Positions 1 to 12,725 of a stretch of DNA of 64,000 nucleotides are shown piece after piece. Position 1 is the first letter of the stretch. Each line of letters begins with the position of its first letter. The notes below the pieces were generated by a model. It saw nothing but the letters and a program-made list of their open reading frames with translations. It was not told the DNA's origin and searched no databases. Both the position numbers and the translations under genes were made by a program. Location: positions 33,170,001 through 33,234,000 of the forward strand of contig CM060732.1 in NCBI GenBank assembly GCA_030704615.1. Direction: 5' to 3'. Source of the stretch: Takakia lepidozioides (Eukaryota > Plantae > Bryophyta).

Positions 1-13
1 GTGCAACTCGGAC

Positions 14-1865
14 GGAAATGCGGTGCCGCATTTCTGTTCCTGTTGCGCACGATTTTCAGTCAGAACGGAAATGCGGTACCGCATTTCCGTTCTTTAGAGT
101 ATTAACGTCTGATGCTGGCGGAAATGCTGTGCCGCATTTTTGTTCCACAGCTCCATGCCTCATATACAAAACGGAAATGCGGCGCCGCATTTCCGTTTTG
201 AAATGTCGGAAGGTGCGACTCCGACGGAAATGCAGTACCGCATTTCAGTTCCGATGTTTCAGGATATTTCATCAGAACGGAAATGCGGTGCCGCATTTCC
301 GTTCTGGAATGTTGGGAGGTGCGACTCGGATGGAAATGCGCTGCCGCATTTCAGTTCCGATGGTTCACGATTTTCAGTTAGAACGGAAATGCGGTACCGC
401 ATTTCCGTTCTGGAATGTTGAGAGGTGCGACTCGGATGGAAATACGCTGCCGCATTTCAGTTCAGATGGTTCACGATTTTCAGTCAGAACGGAAATGCGG
501 TACCGCATTTCCGTTCTGTAGAGTATTAACGTCTGACGCTCGCGGAAATGCTGTGCCGAATTTTCGTTCCACAGCTCCATGCCTCATATACAAAACGGAA
601 ATGCGGCGCCGCATTTCCGTTTTGGAATGTCGGAAGGTGCGACTCCGACGGAAATGCGGTACCGCATTTCAGTTCCGATGTTTCAGGATATTTCATCAGA
701 ACGGAAATGCGGTGCCGCATTTCCGTTCTGGAATGTTGGGAGGTGCGACTCGGATGGAAATGCGCTGCCGCATTTCAGTTCCGATGGTTCACAATTTTCA
801 GTCAGAACGGAAATGCGGTACCGCATTTCCGTTCTGGAATGTTGAGAGGTGCGACTCGGATGGAAATACGCTGCCGCATTTCAGTTCAGATGGTTCACGA
901 TTTTCAGTCAGAACGGAAATGCGGTACCGCATTTCCGTTCTGTAGAGTATTAACGTCTGACGCTCGCGGAAATGCTGTGCCGCATTTTCGTTCCACAGCT
1001 CCATGCCTCATATACAAAACGGAAATGCGGCGCCGCATTTCCGTTTTGGAATGTCGGAAGGTGCGACTCCGACGGAAATGCGGTACCGCATTTCAGTTCC
1101 AATGTTTCAGGATATTTCATCAGAACGGAAATGCGGTGCCGCATTTCCGTTCTGGAATTGGGAGGTGCGACTCGGATGGAAATGCGCTGCCGCATTTCAG
1201 TTCCGATGGTTTACGATTTTCAGTCAGAACGGAAATGCGGTACCGCATTTCCGTTCTGGAATGTTGAGAGGTGCGACTCGGTAGTATGAATGTCTCATGC
1301 GGTCGGAATTGCGCTGTATGAAGCTGTCGGAATCGTACTCGGCTCCATGCATCAGATACAAAATGGAAATGCGGCGCCGCATTTCCGTTCTGGAATGTCG
1401 GAAAGTGCGACTCGGACAGAAATGCGGTGCCGCATTTCTGTTCCCGTTGTTCATAATTCTCAATCAGAACAGAAATGCGGTACCGCATTTCCGTTATGGA
1501 GAGTATGAATGTCTTTTAAGGACTGAAATGTGCTGCAGCATTTCTATCCCTCAGCTCCATGCATCAGATACAAAATGGAAATGCGGCGCCGCATTTCCGT
1601 TCTGGAATGTCGGAAAAGTGCGACTCGGACGGGAATGCGGTGCCGCATTTCTGTTCCCGTTGTTCATAATTCTCAATCAGAACGGAAATGCGGTACCGCA
1701 TTTCCGTTCCACCTTCCCATACCGTGCTTGCTGGATGGAAATGCGTTACCGCATTTCCGTTCTGGAGAGTATAAAGGTTTCCTCCGGACGGAAACTCGGT
1801 GCCGCATTTCCGTCGCTCTGGTGCATGACCAAGAAGTAAAACGGAAATGCGGCGCCGTATTTCCG
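14..1865. repeat. Array of ~22 bp palindromes GGAAATGCGG(CG/TG/CA/TA)CCGCATTTCC at a 53 bp period, with a 424 bp (8x53) higher-order unit in ~3 copies
   Basis: The motif's ATG (occasionally a variant) falls at 18, 71, 124, 177, 230, 283, 336 ... 1131, with a second run at 1369-1847. GTATTAACGTCTGA recurs at 99/523/947. Confidence 0.95.
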
Positions 1866-2290
1866 TCCACGAGCAATCGAAAGAATCACTCGGGACGGGA
1901 AATCTGGAACCTGAATGGGTTGCATTGTTCCGAAACAACATTGCGGCCAGTCTTGATGAGCACAACTTGGTTATCTGACCGTTTTAACCAACAGTCCTGG
2001 CACTTGTCAGTGCGAACGTTCCTGTCTGCACGGAGAATACTGCTGGATCGACCCTCAGGAGAAACTGTCAGGAGATGTTATTTCGTTGCCGAATCGGCCA
2101 TCATTGTCATACTTACTGGCTATGGAATCAAACCTCCCACCTTCATGCATGTAGCTTGAAACAATACTTTCCACTTCAATGTGCGACTTCCAATCGTCGA
2201 TGGACTCCGCAGATCCACTTAGATGGTGCCTGTGAGCCTTGGTCTGTCGCTATACTGAACCTCGCACTTGCCAACTCCGTGCGGTGTTCG

Positions 2291-5200
2291 ATGGCTCCGA
2301 ATTCCTACGCTATAGTTTGCTGTCCTCCGCAACTTGGGAGAGCCTGGATCCCAAACGAGGGAGAACTTTGCAGAGTGACTGAAACTTACCTTTGTTCCAA
2401 ATTCAAGCTCAAACCGGGCACAGTTTATTTGGAAGAAGAAAGGAAGGATGTTCCTAGACAGGTTGACGAGACCATTGTCGTGCTAGGTAACGACGGAGGT
2501 TGTGGAATCGAATGGCACGTTCCCCCGTCAGACACCATCCTGTACCGAGCTGTGGGAATGCCCATTCCCTTTCCGAATCAGTCGCTGCCCACACCATCCA
2601 CAAAGGAGTCCGAAAACCGAGAGGCGGCCACTGCCAACAGAGAGGTATGCAACGATAATCATTCCCGACCTGGACCGTCAAGACCCTCCATAGCTTCTCG
2701 TGTGGACGTATTCGACATTTCCGACGAGGAAGATGATTGCATTGAGGTACCCATGTCCTCCACACGGTCGTTCAAATCCGGCATGGACGTCTCTGTCGGT
2801 GCTACGAATGTGCCCTCGAGCATAACTCCAACCCGGTCCATTGTGCAGCTCTTACGACAACATCACCTCGATGGTTCTCGCTCCGAGCTGGCTGCTCTCG
2901 ACTATGCCAAATTCCCAGTCAGAAAGGTAACTTTTCTGCCTCCCGAAGTCGATGGCAATGTCATCTTCGAGTTTCCACCTGTTTCTTCGTCAAAGAAAGC
3001 CTCCGGGATGTTAACAGACATGGATCGAAAGCATGACGGACACCCCTGGTGTGTGACGAAGACCAGTAGCACGAAAATTGCTGATGGTGTTCGTGTACGA
3101 TATGTCCTCTGTGCGGGGAAGCTGAGGTGCCTCAATCCCACCTGCTTCCACTTTCTCTCCAAAGGAGGGCGGAGAAACGAGACGGATTGGACTGGCACAA
3201 CGCATCATCCATTCATTGTCTCCAGCCAAGCTCCTGCGGGTTCTTTCAAGTGTGCACATTGCAAAGAACCACCGACGTGCATGTCCATGTGCAGAGCCAA
3301 GCAATATTACGTAATCCATTTGCTCCCGGACTTGACTAGAGCTTGCATACACGTTGGGGTCCACTGCCACCCCTTGGCGAGAGGCAACATGCGTGAGGCT
3401 GTGCAGGAAGCACACGACATCATAAAAGAGGAGGTGAAATTGAGCCCCGGAGCCAGACCAAAGCAGATTCAGCTGAAGGCAGCCCACAAGATTGCTCTTG
3501 GCAAAATCATGTCTGAAGATAGTTCCGACCGAGAGCCCTTGACCGAAGACGAGATGCGTGACCTCTTGGAGTCCGTCTCGCACGTTTGTAGTCCGAATGT
3601 GCGGAATCACATCGTATCTTGCAAGCAGGAGTTCGGCAGGGGGTCGGACATGTACTCAATCCTGGAGGTGAAACGAATGACTGGATATGACTACATCCAA
3701 GGTAGCAGGTTTCCAGGGCAAGGCAGCGAATCCGATCGTTGTTACATTTTCAAAATGTCGACGTGTGGGCCTGGGAGTGGAGTCGACTTGGTCACTCGCA
3801 TGACAACTGGAAACTTGTCGAATGCTTGGGTGATGTTTGATCACATCAAGCGAATTACAAACCATCAGTGGGTGACTATGGGTGCGCATGTTTATGACTA
3901 TCACTCCAAGAGGCTCATGACGATTGCAATCTGCGAGATGAAAGGGGAGGACACACAGTCCGAAATGCATCTGTGGGAGGGCATAAACAAGCAGATGGCA
4001 AGGGCGGGATTGCCAGAGCCCAATTTCAGGGGATTCATGGCAGACAACGCTCAGGCCAACTGGGCAGCGGTGCGGCGTGTGTACGGTGAGGACCCCAATG
4101 TTCCAATGGAGGGGAAAGAGAGATCCTGTGGATTCCATTGGATGCAGAGTCTATCCCACTACACTACCAAATTTGTTGCTAGCTCATTCCAGGCTGAACA
4201 CCGTGTCCTTTGTACGGCGTGGAAGGATGCACCCACATTTGATGACGCGGAGGTTAAGTTTGCTATCATCGAGGCTTGGTGGAACACGTCAGGTGCAGTG
4301 GAGACAACCAATCTGGGAGCATTGCACAGCTGGTTGGGGTGGTGGCATTTTCGGTATCGACAGTTCGGACAGTACATGCGGGAGGTAGGCTGCTGTCAAT
4401 TTTGTTCATTTGTCTTTCTGTTACGGACATTTCGATTGGTCCCTCACCATTGTTTGTGTCCTTCTAGGAGCGGTGCTTGGATTCCGACACGGACATGCCG
4501 AACACGAATATGGCAGAATCGGTCCACTCCTCCTGGCGAGCGTCTTCTGCCGCACATCTGGTGGACGTAGTGACGGCCACAACGGAGGACATCGACAGAG
4601 CAATCATGCAGCAAGTCACGTACTACAAGTTCCTGAGCGGCAAACAATGGGGCTTTGGGCCGGACAGGGAGGAATTGTTGGTACGAACAGCTTCGAGGTC
4701 CAAGAATCCAGTGAAATGGGCGACAACATTGCGAGAGAAGATCAAAGGGACGCCTCTGCACCGTAGAGGTGAACACCTAGAGGGGGACGTCCGGACTCGC
4801 CCTGTCAGGCGGAGGATTGAAGAGGAACCCGGGTGCGAAGAGGATTCCTGGAGATCCGACAGGAACATTCGGACAGCACCTCGAGGTCCCGTCATGTTGC
4901 CGCACAATGTGTCTTCCAGCAGTGGAAGCCCAAGAAATTCCAGATCGCCGTCGCCTTCAACCGGGGATTTTGTGCAAAAAATTCCCACCGCTCCCTTGCC
5001 CCAGATTCCGCCCGCTGTTATGTAGTATGGCCAAGCCATTGTGGAGACGACTGTGTCTGCATCACAGTGGAGAATTGCTCGCACAAAGCCGTCGTTTCGA
5101 GGAAGGTGTTCCGCAATTCGTGTAGATACACGGCAACGTTGTTTAGAGATGATAAGGAGGAATCCAGATGGGGCTGTCCCTGCTCCTACTTTTACAGGAA

Positions 5201-5886
5201 GATTTGTCCATGCAAAGTTTGCGGAGGCGACAACCACCCAGTTCTGGTTCTGCATGACTTGCGTGTATGGAAAGCCCAAGTACGGCATACAAACAATGCC
5301 AGAGGCTCCCCCGGTGTGGCCGGTGGAACCAGGCTGCGATCTGAGTCAGGTTGAGGCCGACGCCCTTACCGCCGCAGGATTTCGGATGGTGCAGTGCACT
5401 GACGTCCCCAGAGAACCATTTCCGCTTCCACAGCCTCCACCACCGACCCCTGTGAGAGCAAGAACAATGGGACACGACAGCTCTAAGCATCCTACACACC
5501 GTTGGGGGAAACCGAAGAGGCGGCGACCTCCCTCAAAAGTGAACGAGACAAGGATGGGGAATGCACTTTGGATGAACTGTAGAATCCAGAGCTCGACAGA
5601 AGTGCCCCCACCAGGATTCGGGCGTGTGTATCAGATGGCCACGGCGGGCTCAGCTGTTCGCAATGAGGTGTACACCATCACCATTTCAGAATTACCCACT
5701 TGCAATTGCACCGACTTCCAAATCATGGCGAACAAGGGGGCATCATACTGCCCTTGCAAGCATTTGTACTACGTGTACCTAAAGAGACTCCGTTGTAATT
5801 CCACAACTCATCACTTCATACATGCACCAGGGTTGAGCCCCCAGGAGGTTCACACTCTTCTGAATATGGATCCAGGGGAGCAGTGA
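2291..5886 (+). pseudogene. Mutator/MULE-type transposase (~1170 aa; GCM/WRKY-like Zn domain, DDE core, SWIM finger); exons 2291-4384 and 4468-5886; premature TAG at 5023-5025
   Basis: Motifs VMFDHIKR (D), FMADNAQANW (D), CGFHW (CxxH), NMAESVH (E) and PTCNCTDF..CKHLYYV (SWIM). The phase-0 GT-AG intron 4385-4467 joins YMRE to ERCLDSD. The TAG is CAG in A2. There is also a 12 bp in-frame deletion near 5253. Confidence 0.9.
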
Positions 5887-6664
5887 GCTTGGCTTGCGGT
5901 CCCATACAATGGTACGCCCATCCTTTTCGGATAGTAGAACTGTACTGCTGCCAGTACCTCAGACTCTGGCCACAGAAAGGTCCGACATATGTCTTGCCTA
6001 CCAGTAACCTGTTTTGCTCGAACTAAGATATTACTATATCGTTCACTTGTTTCCACGTGCATGTATTTTTGTATGTTGGAGGGTTCATGTTTTTCTGCTT
6101 TCCGAAAACTTGATTTCCTCATTCGACCTCCGACAAGGAAATGCGGCGCCGCATTTCCAAGTATCGTCGTAGGTACCCCCAGAGGCGGCCTTCGCCAACA
6201 CCAAACCGCTCCGAAATTTTGCACGTGCGAACCCTAATGCGGCACCCTATTTCCCAGTTCAGTTGCAAACCTTTCCCGCCGAATACCCGAAGAAGACATA
6301 ATTGTGAAGTATTGCAGACTGTATTGGTGCAGACTCCATTGGTTCAATCGCGGCAAAAGGGTCAGCTTCATTCCAATGTTAAGGCATGTAAAACCGCGGA
6401 ATACTCTATACAGGCCAGTATGCGACGTCCTTTTGCAGTGGTATACTGGATTTCCCGTTGCACGGTCACTTATTTCCATGAGCGGATCTAAAAAACCATG
6501 AGCGGACTTGTTATTGACGACATATCTTCGCCGCATTACATGATCTGGAACGTCCAAAAACGGCAAGGTCAAATAAAAAAACTATTATTTTAATACTTGT
6601 TTAATCTGCCGCATTTCCCAATTTGGAGGAGTCCGCTCATGAAATCCGCGTATCTTAGACTTCG

Positions 6665-6737
6665 GCTCACCGCTCATGCGGCTCATGCGGCTCATGGCTC
6701 ATGGCTCATGGTTTCTGCTCATGAAATAGTAAACCTC
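6665..6737. repeat. Right terminal inverted repeat and subterminal GCTCATG repeats of A1
   Basis: Reverse complement GAGGTTTACTATTTCATGAGC resembles the left ends GGGGGCTGCTATTTCATGAGC at 27075 and 43032. Confidence 0.9.
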
Positions 6738-9700
6738 GCACATAAGTAATGAAGCAAAGCAGGCACAATCGCAAGGCACTAGAAAGGAGGGAGAGAACTT
6801 CCCATCATAAGCACCCTTGCTAAGCACAAATAAAGCTAGAGGAGGGAAGATGCCATTACATTCATAGCGGTGTTTCCCGCTACAAGAGAGACAAGGCGCC
6901 GCCTTCGCGCCCCCCCAGGCGCTCGTCCAACATGGGTACGACACCACAAACGGGGTAGCCACTGAAGCACGTCCGCCATAACACTCTCCTCGTGAGCTCA
7001 GAAGCACGTCGCGTGCTTCTGACAACGGGAGAGACGACATAAGGTTGTCCCCCGATTATTCATCCGTGGGTGAAAAACAGTAAGACGCATCCGTATACCC
7101 TAACGGATTTCATCCGCAACAAGGTTTAAAATAGGTTTTGGGGTAGGGTTAGGGTTTCCACCGTAATTAATCATAATTAGGGGTAGTAAAGATCAATTCC
7201 AGGCCATAATCACATCATCCATAGATAGATCACTTGTGTCAGGAAGTATGGAATATCATCTGTGGCAGCGTCTTACCTCCATCTAGGTAATTCTATCATT
7301 CCTCACCAGACCATCCGGTATGGATAAAAAGAGTCAATAAAAGAGGAATGAAAAATTATCACCTTGGTAGTTTTTCATCCGGTACGGATGGAAAAACATG
7401 ATGTTGTTGGCAACCTCCATAGAGGTAATTCTTTTCTTCCATGGTGACTCATCCGGTATGGATGAGAGTCAATAGAGGAGGAATGAAAAGGCCAAAAGAA
7501 CCATCCTAGAGGTAATTCAATGTCCATCCTGGTGGCTCATCCGGTATGGATGAAAAAGCCTGATAGAGGATGAGAAAACAAGAAGTCAACACTGATAGCA
7601 AACTGTCAATTCCCAGTAGAGAGGGAGAGAGAGGGAGAGAGGGGGCAACAAAGAAGAAAAAAAAATGTGGGGGAGGGGTGGGGGAAGTGACTGAGCAGCT
7701 GCTGCTGCTCAGTCACCACCCCCCCCCCCCCCCCACATTTTTTTTCTTTTTTTTGTTTCCTAATCTCTCCCTTTCTCTCCCTTTCTCTCCCTTTCTTTTG
7801 TGCTACTCACAAAAAAAAAAAAAACAGAGAGGGAAGATATTCACGTCATTCAAGACATGGACAAGACCCATAAAGGTCATTGTCAATTAAAGACATAAAC
7901 AGCCCTGGATAGGGCATTATCTCACATTTCCAGTCTTGTCAAATCATCCCAAAAGACACCACCCAATCATCCAATACAAAACAGGGTGGGAGGGCGGGGT
8001 TTGGTCTTGTGTGGGACAAGATAAGATATTGCTGTCCCTGTGCATGCTACAAGGCCTCTTGGTTCAGCCTGTACATGTACCTGCAACTTACCAATTCAGT
8101 CATTAATTATGGCAGGTCATGCATCAGCCAAGGCATAAGGACCAGCATGCATTTTGTCAGAATCTCAGTATCCCACCAAGCAGTCCAACTTGAGCCAGAT
8201 GAAGTAGATTCCATATCATTTGTATTCACCCAGAGACATGTGATCATACAAGGTATCAAGGGAATGTGAATGCAGCCTGTCAGATTGCAGGTTCAAAACT
8301 TATACCAACAAACAGCATGAGCAGCCGAGATCCATCCTCTTTTGTATAAAAAACAGATGGCAGGTCATAGGCCTGATGTCATGACAGATCCAAAACAATA
8401 GGTAGGATTCCATTGTAGCTTACCATCTTCATCCTTCAAGAGCTCCATGCTAAGACATGCAAAGAACGCCTTACTACGATCCAGTATACATCAGAAGTAG
8501 GTCTGACAAGGAGCAGGGCAGTACCCTACCAGGCTGCCGCCTTAAACTTCAAGGCCATCAGATCCATAGTTACCCAAAACCGCCAAAAACATACCACCAA
8601 AAACCATATCCTCTTTGGCCAAAATAACTTACAACCTAGCTCAATAATCCACAGGCTTTGCTGTCAAAGATTAAAAGGTAGGGTATGGTTTGTATGCAAG
8701 CCTCAGGAAACAAGCCCGTCAAGCCGAGCTGCGCATCGACGGCAGAACGACAAGGGCCAGAACGCAGGCTGGAGCATATCAAGTCAAGGGCAATTGTGTT
8801 GAAATCGGGGCTGCAGCCAGCAGCCACCTCACAGCGCACACAACCCTAGGTCTCCTCAGCCCATATCCCAATCTGCATGCTCAAGAAACTTCAAAGTAGG
8901 TGAGGATCCTCACCTGGTCCCATCACAAGCCCCCACAAAAACCAACAGATTAGTGAGGATTGTGGAACCCCAGGTGAATCACAGACCCTCACACTTGTCA
9001 TCGATGTCAACTACGAAACTCAAAATCAAGAGAAAGAGATAAGAACATGAGAATCCCTAAACTCCAAAGGCACCTTAAGCGATTGGGGAAGAGGGTTATG
9101 TGCCATCACCACCCGCAGCAAGCCGCCTCCACAAAGCACATAAGCAATGAAGCAAAGCAGGCACAATCACAAGGCACTAGAAAGGAGGGAGAGAACTTCC
9201 CATCATAAGCATCCTTGCTAAGCACAGAAAAAGCCAGAGGAGGGAAGATGCCACTGCTTTCATAGCGGTGTTTCCCGCTGCAAAAGAGACAAGGCACTGC
9301 CTTCGTGCCCCCCCAGGCGCTCGTCCAGCATGGGTACGACACCACAAACAGGGCAGCCACCGAAGCACGCCCGCCATAACACTCTCCTCGCGAGCTCAGA
9401 AGTAAGATCAATTCCAGGCCATAATCACATCATCCATAGACAGATCACTTGTGTCAGGATGAAAAAGTAGGGAATATCATCCGTGGCAGCGCCTTACCTC
9501 CATCTAGGTAATTCTATCATTCCTCACCAGACCATCCGGTATGGATAAAAAGAGTCAATAAAAGAGGAATGAAAAATTATCACCCTGGTAGTTTTTCATC
9601 CGGTACGGATGGAAAAATAGGATGCTGTTGGCAACCTCCATAGAGTTAATTCTTTTCTTCCATGGTGACTCATCCGGTATGGATGAGAGTCAATAGAGGA

Positions 9701-10060
9701 GGAATGAAAAGGCCAAAAGAACCATCCTAGAGGTAATTCAGTGTCCATCCTGGTGGCTCATCCGGTATGGATGAAAAAGCCTGATAGAGGATGAAAAAAC
9801 AAAAAATCAACACTGATAGCAAACTGCCAATTCCCAGTAGAGAGGGAGACAGAGGGACAGAGGGACAGAGGGACAGAGAGAGGGAGAGATCAGGCAACAA
9901 AGAAGAAATAAAAAATAAAAAATGAGGGGGGGGGGGTGACTGAGCAGCAGCAGCTGCTCAGTCACTCTCCCCCCCACATTTTTGTTTTTTGGGGTTTCGT
10001 CATCTCTTCTTCTCTCTCCCTCTCTCTCCCTCTCTCTCCCTCTCTCTCTCTCTCTCACTT
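6738..10060. repeat. Direct duplication (~6738-7800 vs ~9136-10060), each copy ending in a ~200 bp GA/CT-rich foldback centred on GTGACTGAGCAG..CTGCTCAGTCAC
   Basis: Paired ORFs 6699-7040 and 9106-9411 match. Copy 1 has ~185 bp extra (7005-7187). CATCCGGTATGGATG-like mini-hairpins recur. Confidence 0.85.
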
Positions 10061-11197
10061 TTGGTGTGACATACAAGTTATGTACAACTCTCGACATCTT
10101 TCCCTTGATCCCACATGACAAAGACAGAGCCATAGACCACGCATCCACCCTGACCTATCTCTGCACTGCTGTTGCTGCTGCTGTTGGTGGTGGTGCCGGC
10201 ACTGTTGCCGTTGCTGTCGCAGCTGCCAACGGCACGTGTCCCCACCACTGCAGGGCCGCTCTCCCTCGCTCGCCCACGCCTCTCTCTCTCTTCACCCACG
10301 CATCTCTTTCTTGCTCCCGCCTCTGCGCGGCGTTTCTACCACACAGAGGAGAAAGAGGTGAGCCCGAGTTTAGGGCAAGAGAGCAAGAGAAAAATTGAGG
10401 GAGGAGGCACAACTTACCTAGTGCAGCGTTGGAGCGGCGTTGGGGCGACCTCCTCTCCACCTTGTGACCACCTCAGGCTCAGCACCAGGTTGGTTTCTCC
10501 TCCACCCTAAACCCTACTCTCTCAACTCCCTCTCTCTCCCAAAGAACAAATGAAAACGAGGGGGGGGGGGGGGGGGAGGTGCTTCAAGCACTTAGAAAAA
10601 ACGAAGGGCACGGCGCCTACGTGCGACGCCCAGCCGTCGCACGCCTGCGCCCCGCCTTTTTTTTTGAAATTCAAACTGTGTATTTGCGACAGCGGGCCGT
10701 CACTGCTTGCGACCCCCGCCCTCACAAATCCAAAAAAACGCGTCGCAGGCAGCGACGTCTGGGCTTTTTAAGTTTAGGGTTTAGGGCCTTTTGAGATTCT
10801 TCGTTTTATTTTTATTTTTTCCCCATATGGTAATGGGGTAGGGTGTTTGTTTTTCTTTTATGGTGCCGGGTTTTGGATTGGCGGTTTTGGTTGTGAGTTT
10901 TGGGGTTGAAAGGATAATTAGGATTCTCATATCCAAAACGTGGTTCAATCTGATAAGCGCAAAGCGCTGGGTCTCAGTAAATATTTCCATGGTGTGGGCA
11001 ACCTGAAGATAGAACGTGAGAAAGGATTTATTGTCTTGGGCTCTCTCACCAGAGGGACGCTCCGCCTTTGTTTACCAATTTTGAAAGTCCCGAGGCTGAG
11101 GCAAAGGCCCAGGCCCTTAGGCAATGTGGGACTGGTCTTTTTGGGATATGCTTTTCTTTATAAGAATTTTTTGATACTAGGTTTTGGAGTTTGAAAT

Positions 11198-11570
11198 CAC
11201 TACAACAGATTGCGGCTTTTATGACTCCCATGGGTGCGCAGTCATGACAGATTTGTGGCAAAAATGCCATTTGCAGTCGTAAAATGCTTTTGAAGTCATA
11301 ATGCAGGTCTGGGGAAGGCGTATATACGACTGCATGGCTCCGGACTCTACGCAACACAGGTCAAACATGTTTGACCACGAATATTGGCATGGCAAATATG
11401 ACTACCAGTCACGATCATGGCTACACTGGAATGACGTGTGCATATTGCTAGACAGACATACGACTTCATGACTCTCACTCTAATGCATTCTGCCAGATCA
11501 TCACATGGACGAATCACTACATGACTGCACGTGTCGACACATGTTTTTTTGGTTATATATATAATATATG
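11198..11570 (+). mobile_element. CACTA (EnSpm) left end with ATGACT subterminal repeats; right end not found
   Basis: CACTACAACAGATTGCGG at 11198 matches the TIR of the complete element at 22089. Confidence 0.7.
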
Positions 11571-12130
11571 AGTATTTATATTTTGAAAAAACGGAGACTC
11601 TGACCACTAGAATGATTTTTTTTTAAATTAAAAAAAAATCAAAGTGCAAAAAGATTTAAAAAAAAATCATCGGCTGGTAAGTGCACAGTGTATCGCCCTG
11701 GTGGTTTGGGGTTCAAACCCGCTGCCCTTATCCTGTGTGTGGGATTGTTCATGACGGTATGTCTGGGCGTTGATCGTCCTGTAGGTCTTATGGCCCATAA
11801 ATGAAGGCGGGTGGATTTTTCCCCCTCCTCAAGGGCCTGTGGTTTCCTTTAAGAAAAGAAAAAAAAGAAAAAAAAAATCAAAAAGGGGCTTTTAGGGTTT
11901 ACAAAAAGGTTAAAAAACTTAAAAAGTTGCCCATCACGGTAGCTGTGAACAGACTTAGAGCGAGCGGGAGGGAGAGAGAGAGAGGGCTGGGACTTAGCGC
12001 GAGCGAGCGGGAAGGAGGGCAAACATGCATAGGAGGCCCGCAGTTGGAGCAACCTTCGCATCTGAAGCAAGCATCCTAGAAATGCTAGGGTATGTGTCCG
12101 AGGAGGTTTCGGCTGGGAACTCGCCGTTTG

Positions 12131-12725
12131 TGGGAGATTCAGCTTGGTCTTAGCAGGCCGTGTTTCAATCTCTACCCGCTCAGCTGCACCGTGGTGGTTC
12201 TGACAGACCAATCAGACATTACCTGACTACAGACACAAGCAGCACACACAAGAGGTCCTCTTGGGTTCATGGTCAGTCAAATCCTCCATGGGTCATGACA
12301 CAAGGTCGAGGACAATGTGGTGAGGGCACCTTCTTCTTCGACCTATTTCAGCCTGTTTTGCCCTCTGTCGCAAGGTGTGGTTTTTTCTTAATGTACGATG
12401 TGAAGTTTGTCCATCTTGCAAATGTGGGCTGTTGGCTCCTGTTAGTACCATGATTTGATATTCTTCCTGATGTTTACAAGGTTCTTGGGAGAGTCAGCTT
12501 GGTCTTAGCAGGCCGTGTTTCAATGTCTGCCTGCTCAGCTGCACCGTGGTGCAGGTTCTCACAGACCAATCCGACATTACTTGACTACAAGACACAAGCA
12601 GCACACACAAGAGGTCCTTTTGGGTTGATGGTCGGTCAAATCCTCCATGGGTCATGACACAAGGTCAATGCCAATCTGGTGAGGGCACCTTCTTCTTCGA
12701 CCTATTTCAGCCTGTTTTGCCCTCT
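12131..12725. repeat. Local direct duplication of ~240 bp (12131-12366 vs 12487-12726)
   Basis: CAGCTTGGTCTTAGCAGGCCGTGTTTCAAT...CGACCTATTTCAGCCTGTTTTGCCCTCT occurs twice. Confidence 0.9.

Larger units (their letters stand above)
1..6737 (+). mobile_element. MULE-like giant DNA transposon, lineage A, copy A1 (right part; left part lies outside the window)
   Basis: Near-identical to ~36065-42096. Identity stops exactly at ...GCTCATGAAATAGTAAACCTC (6737 vs 42096), which defines the right terminus. Contains the palindrome array and the transposase. Confidence 0.9.

Noticed and set aside
14-1865. CRISPR array (22 bp palindromic repeat with ~31 bp spacers)
   Set aside because: Spacers are themselves duplicated in 106/424 bp higher-order units, repeats are degenerate, there are no cas genes, and the context is eukaryotic with introns.
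18-2159. Many overlapping ORFs (MRCRISV/GNAVPHF/KCGTAF), and similar ones at 19.0-19.5, 24.4-25.1, 28.5-29.4, 35.6-37.3, 45.6-47.2, 50.5-52.0 and 55.8-56.5 kb
   Set aside because: Translations of stop-poor palindromic repeats in all six frames; not proteins.
10500-10790. Telomere or interstitial telomeric array
   Set aside because: Only about two tandem TTTAGGG/CCCTAAA units; telo-box-like at most.
11670-11725. tRNA gene
   Set aside because: Only a B-box-like GGTTCAAACCC; no convincing cloverleaf.
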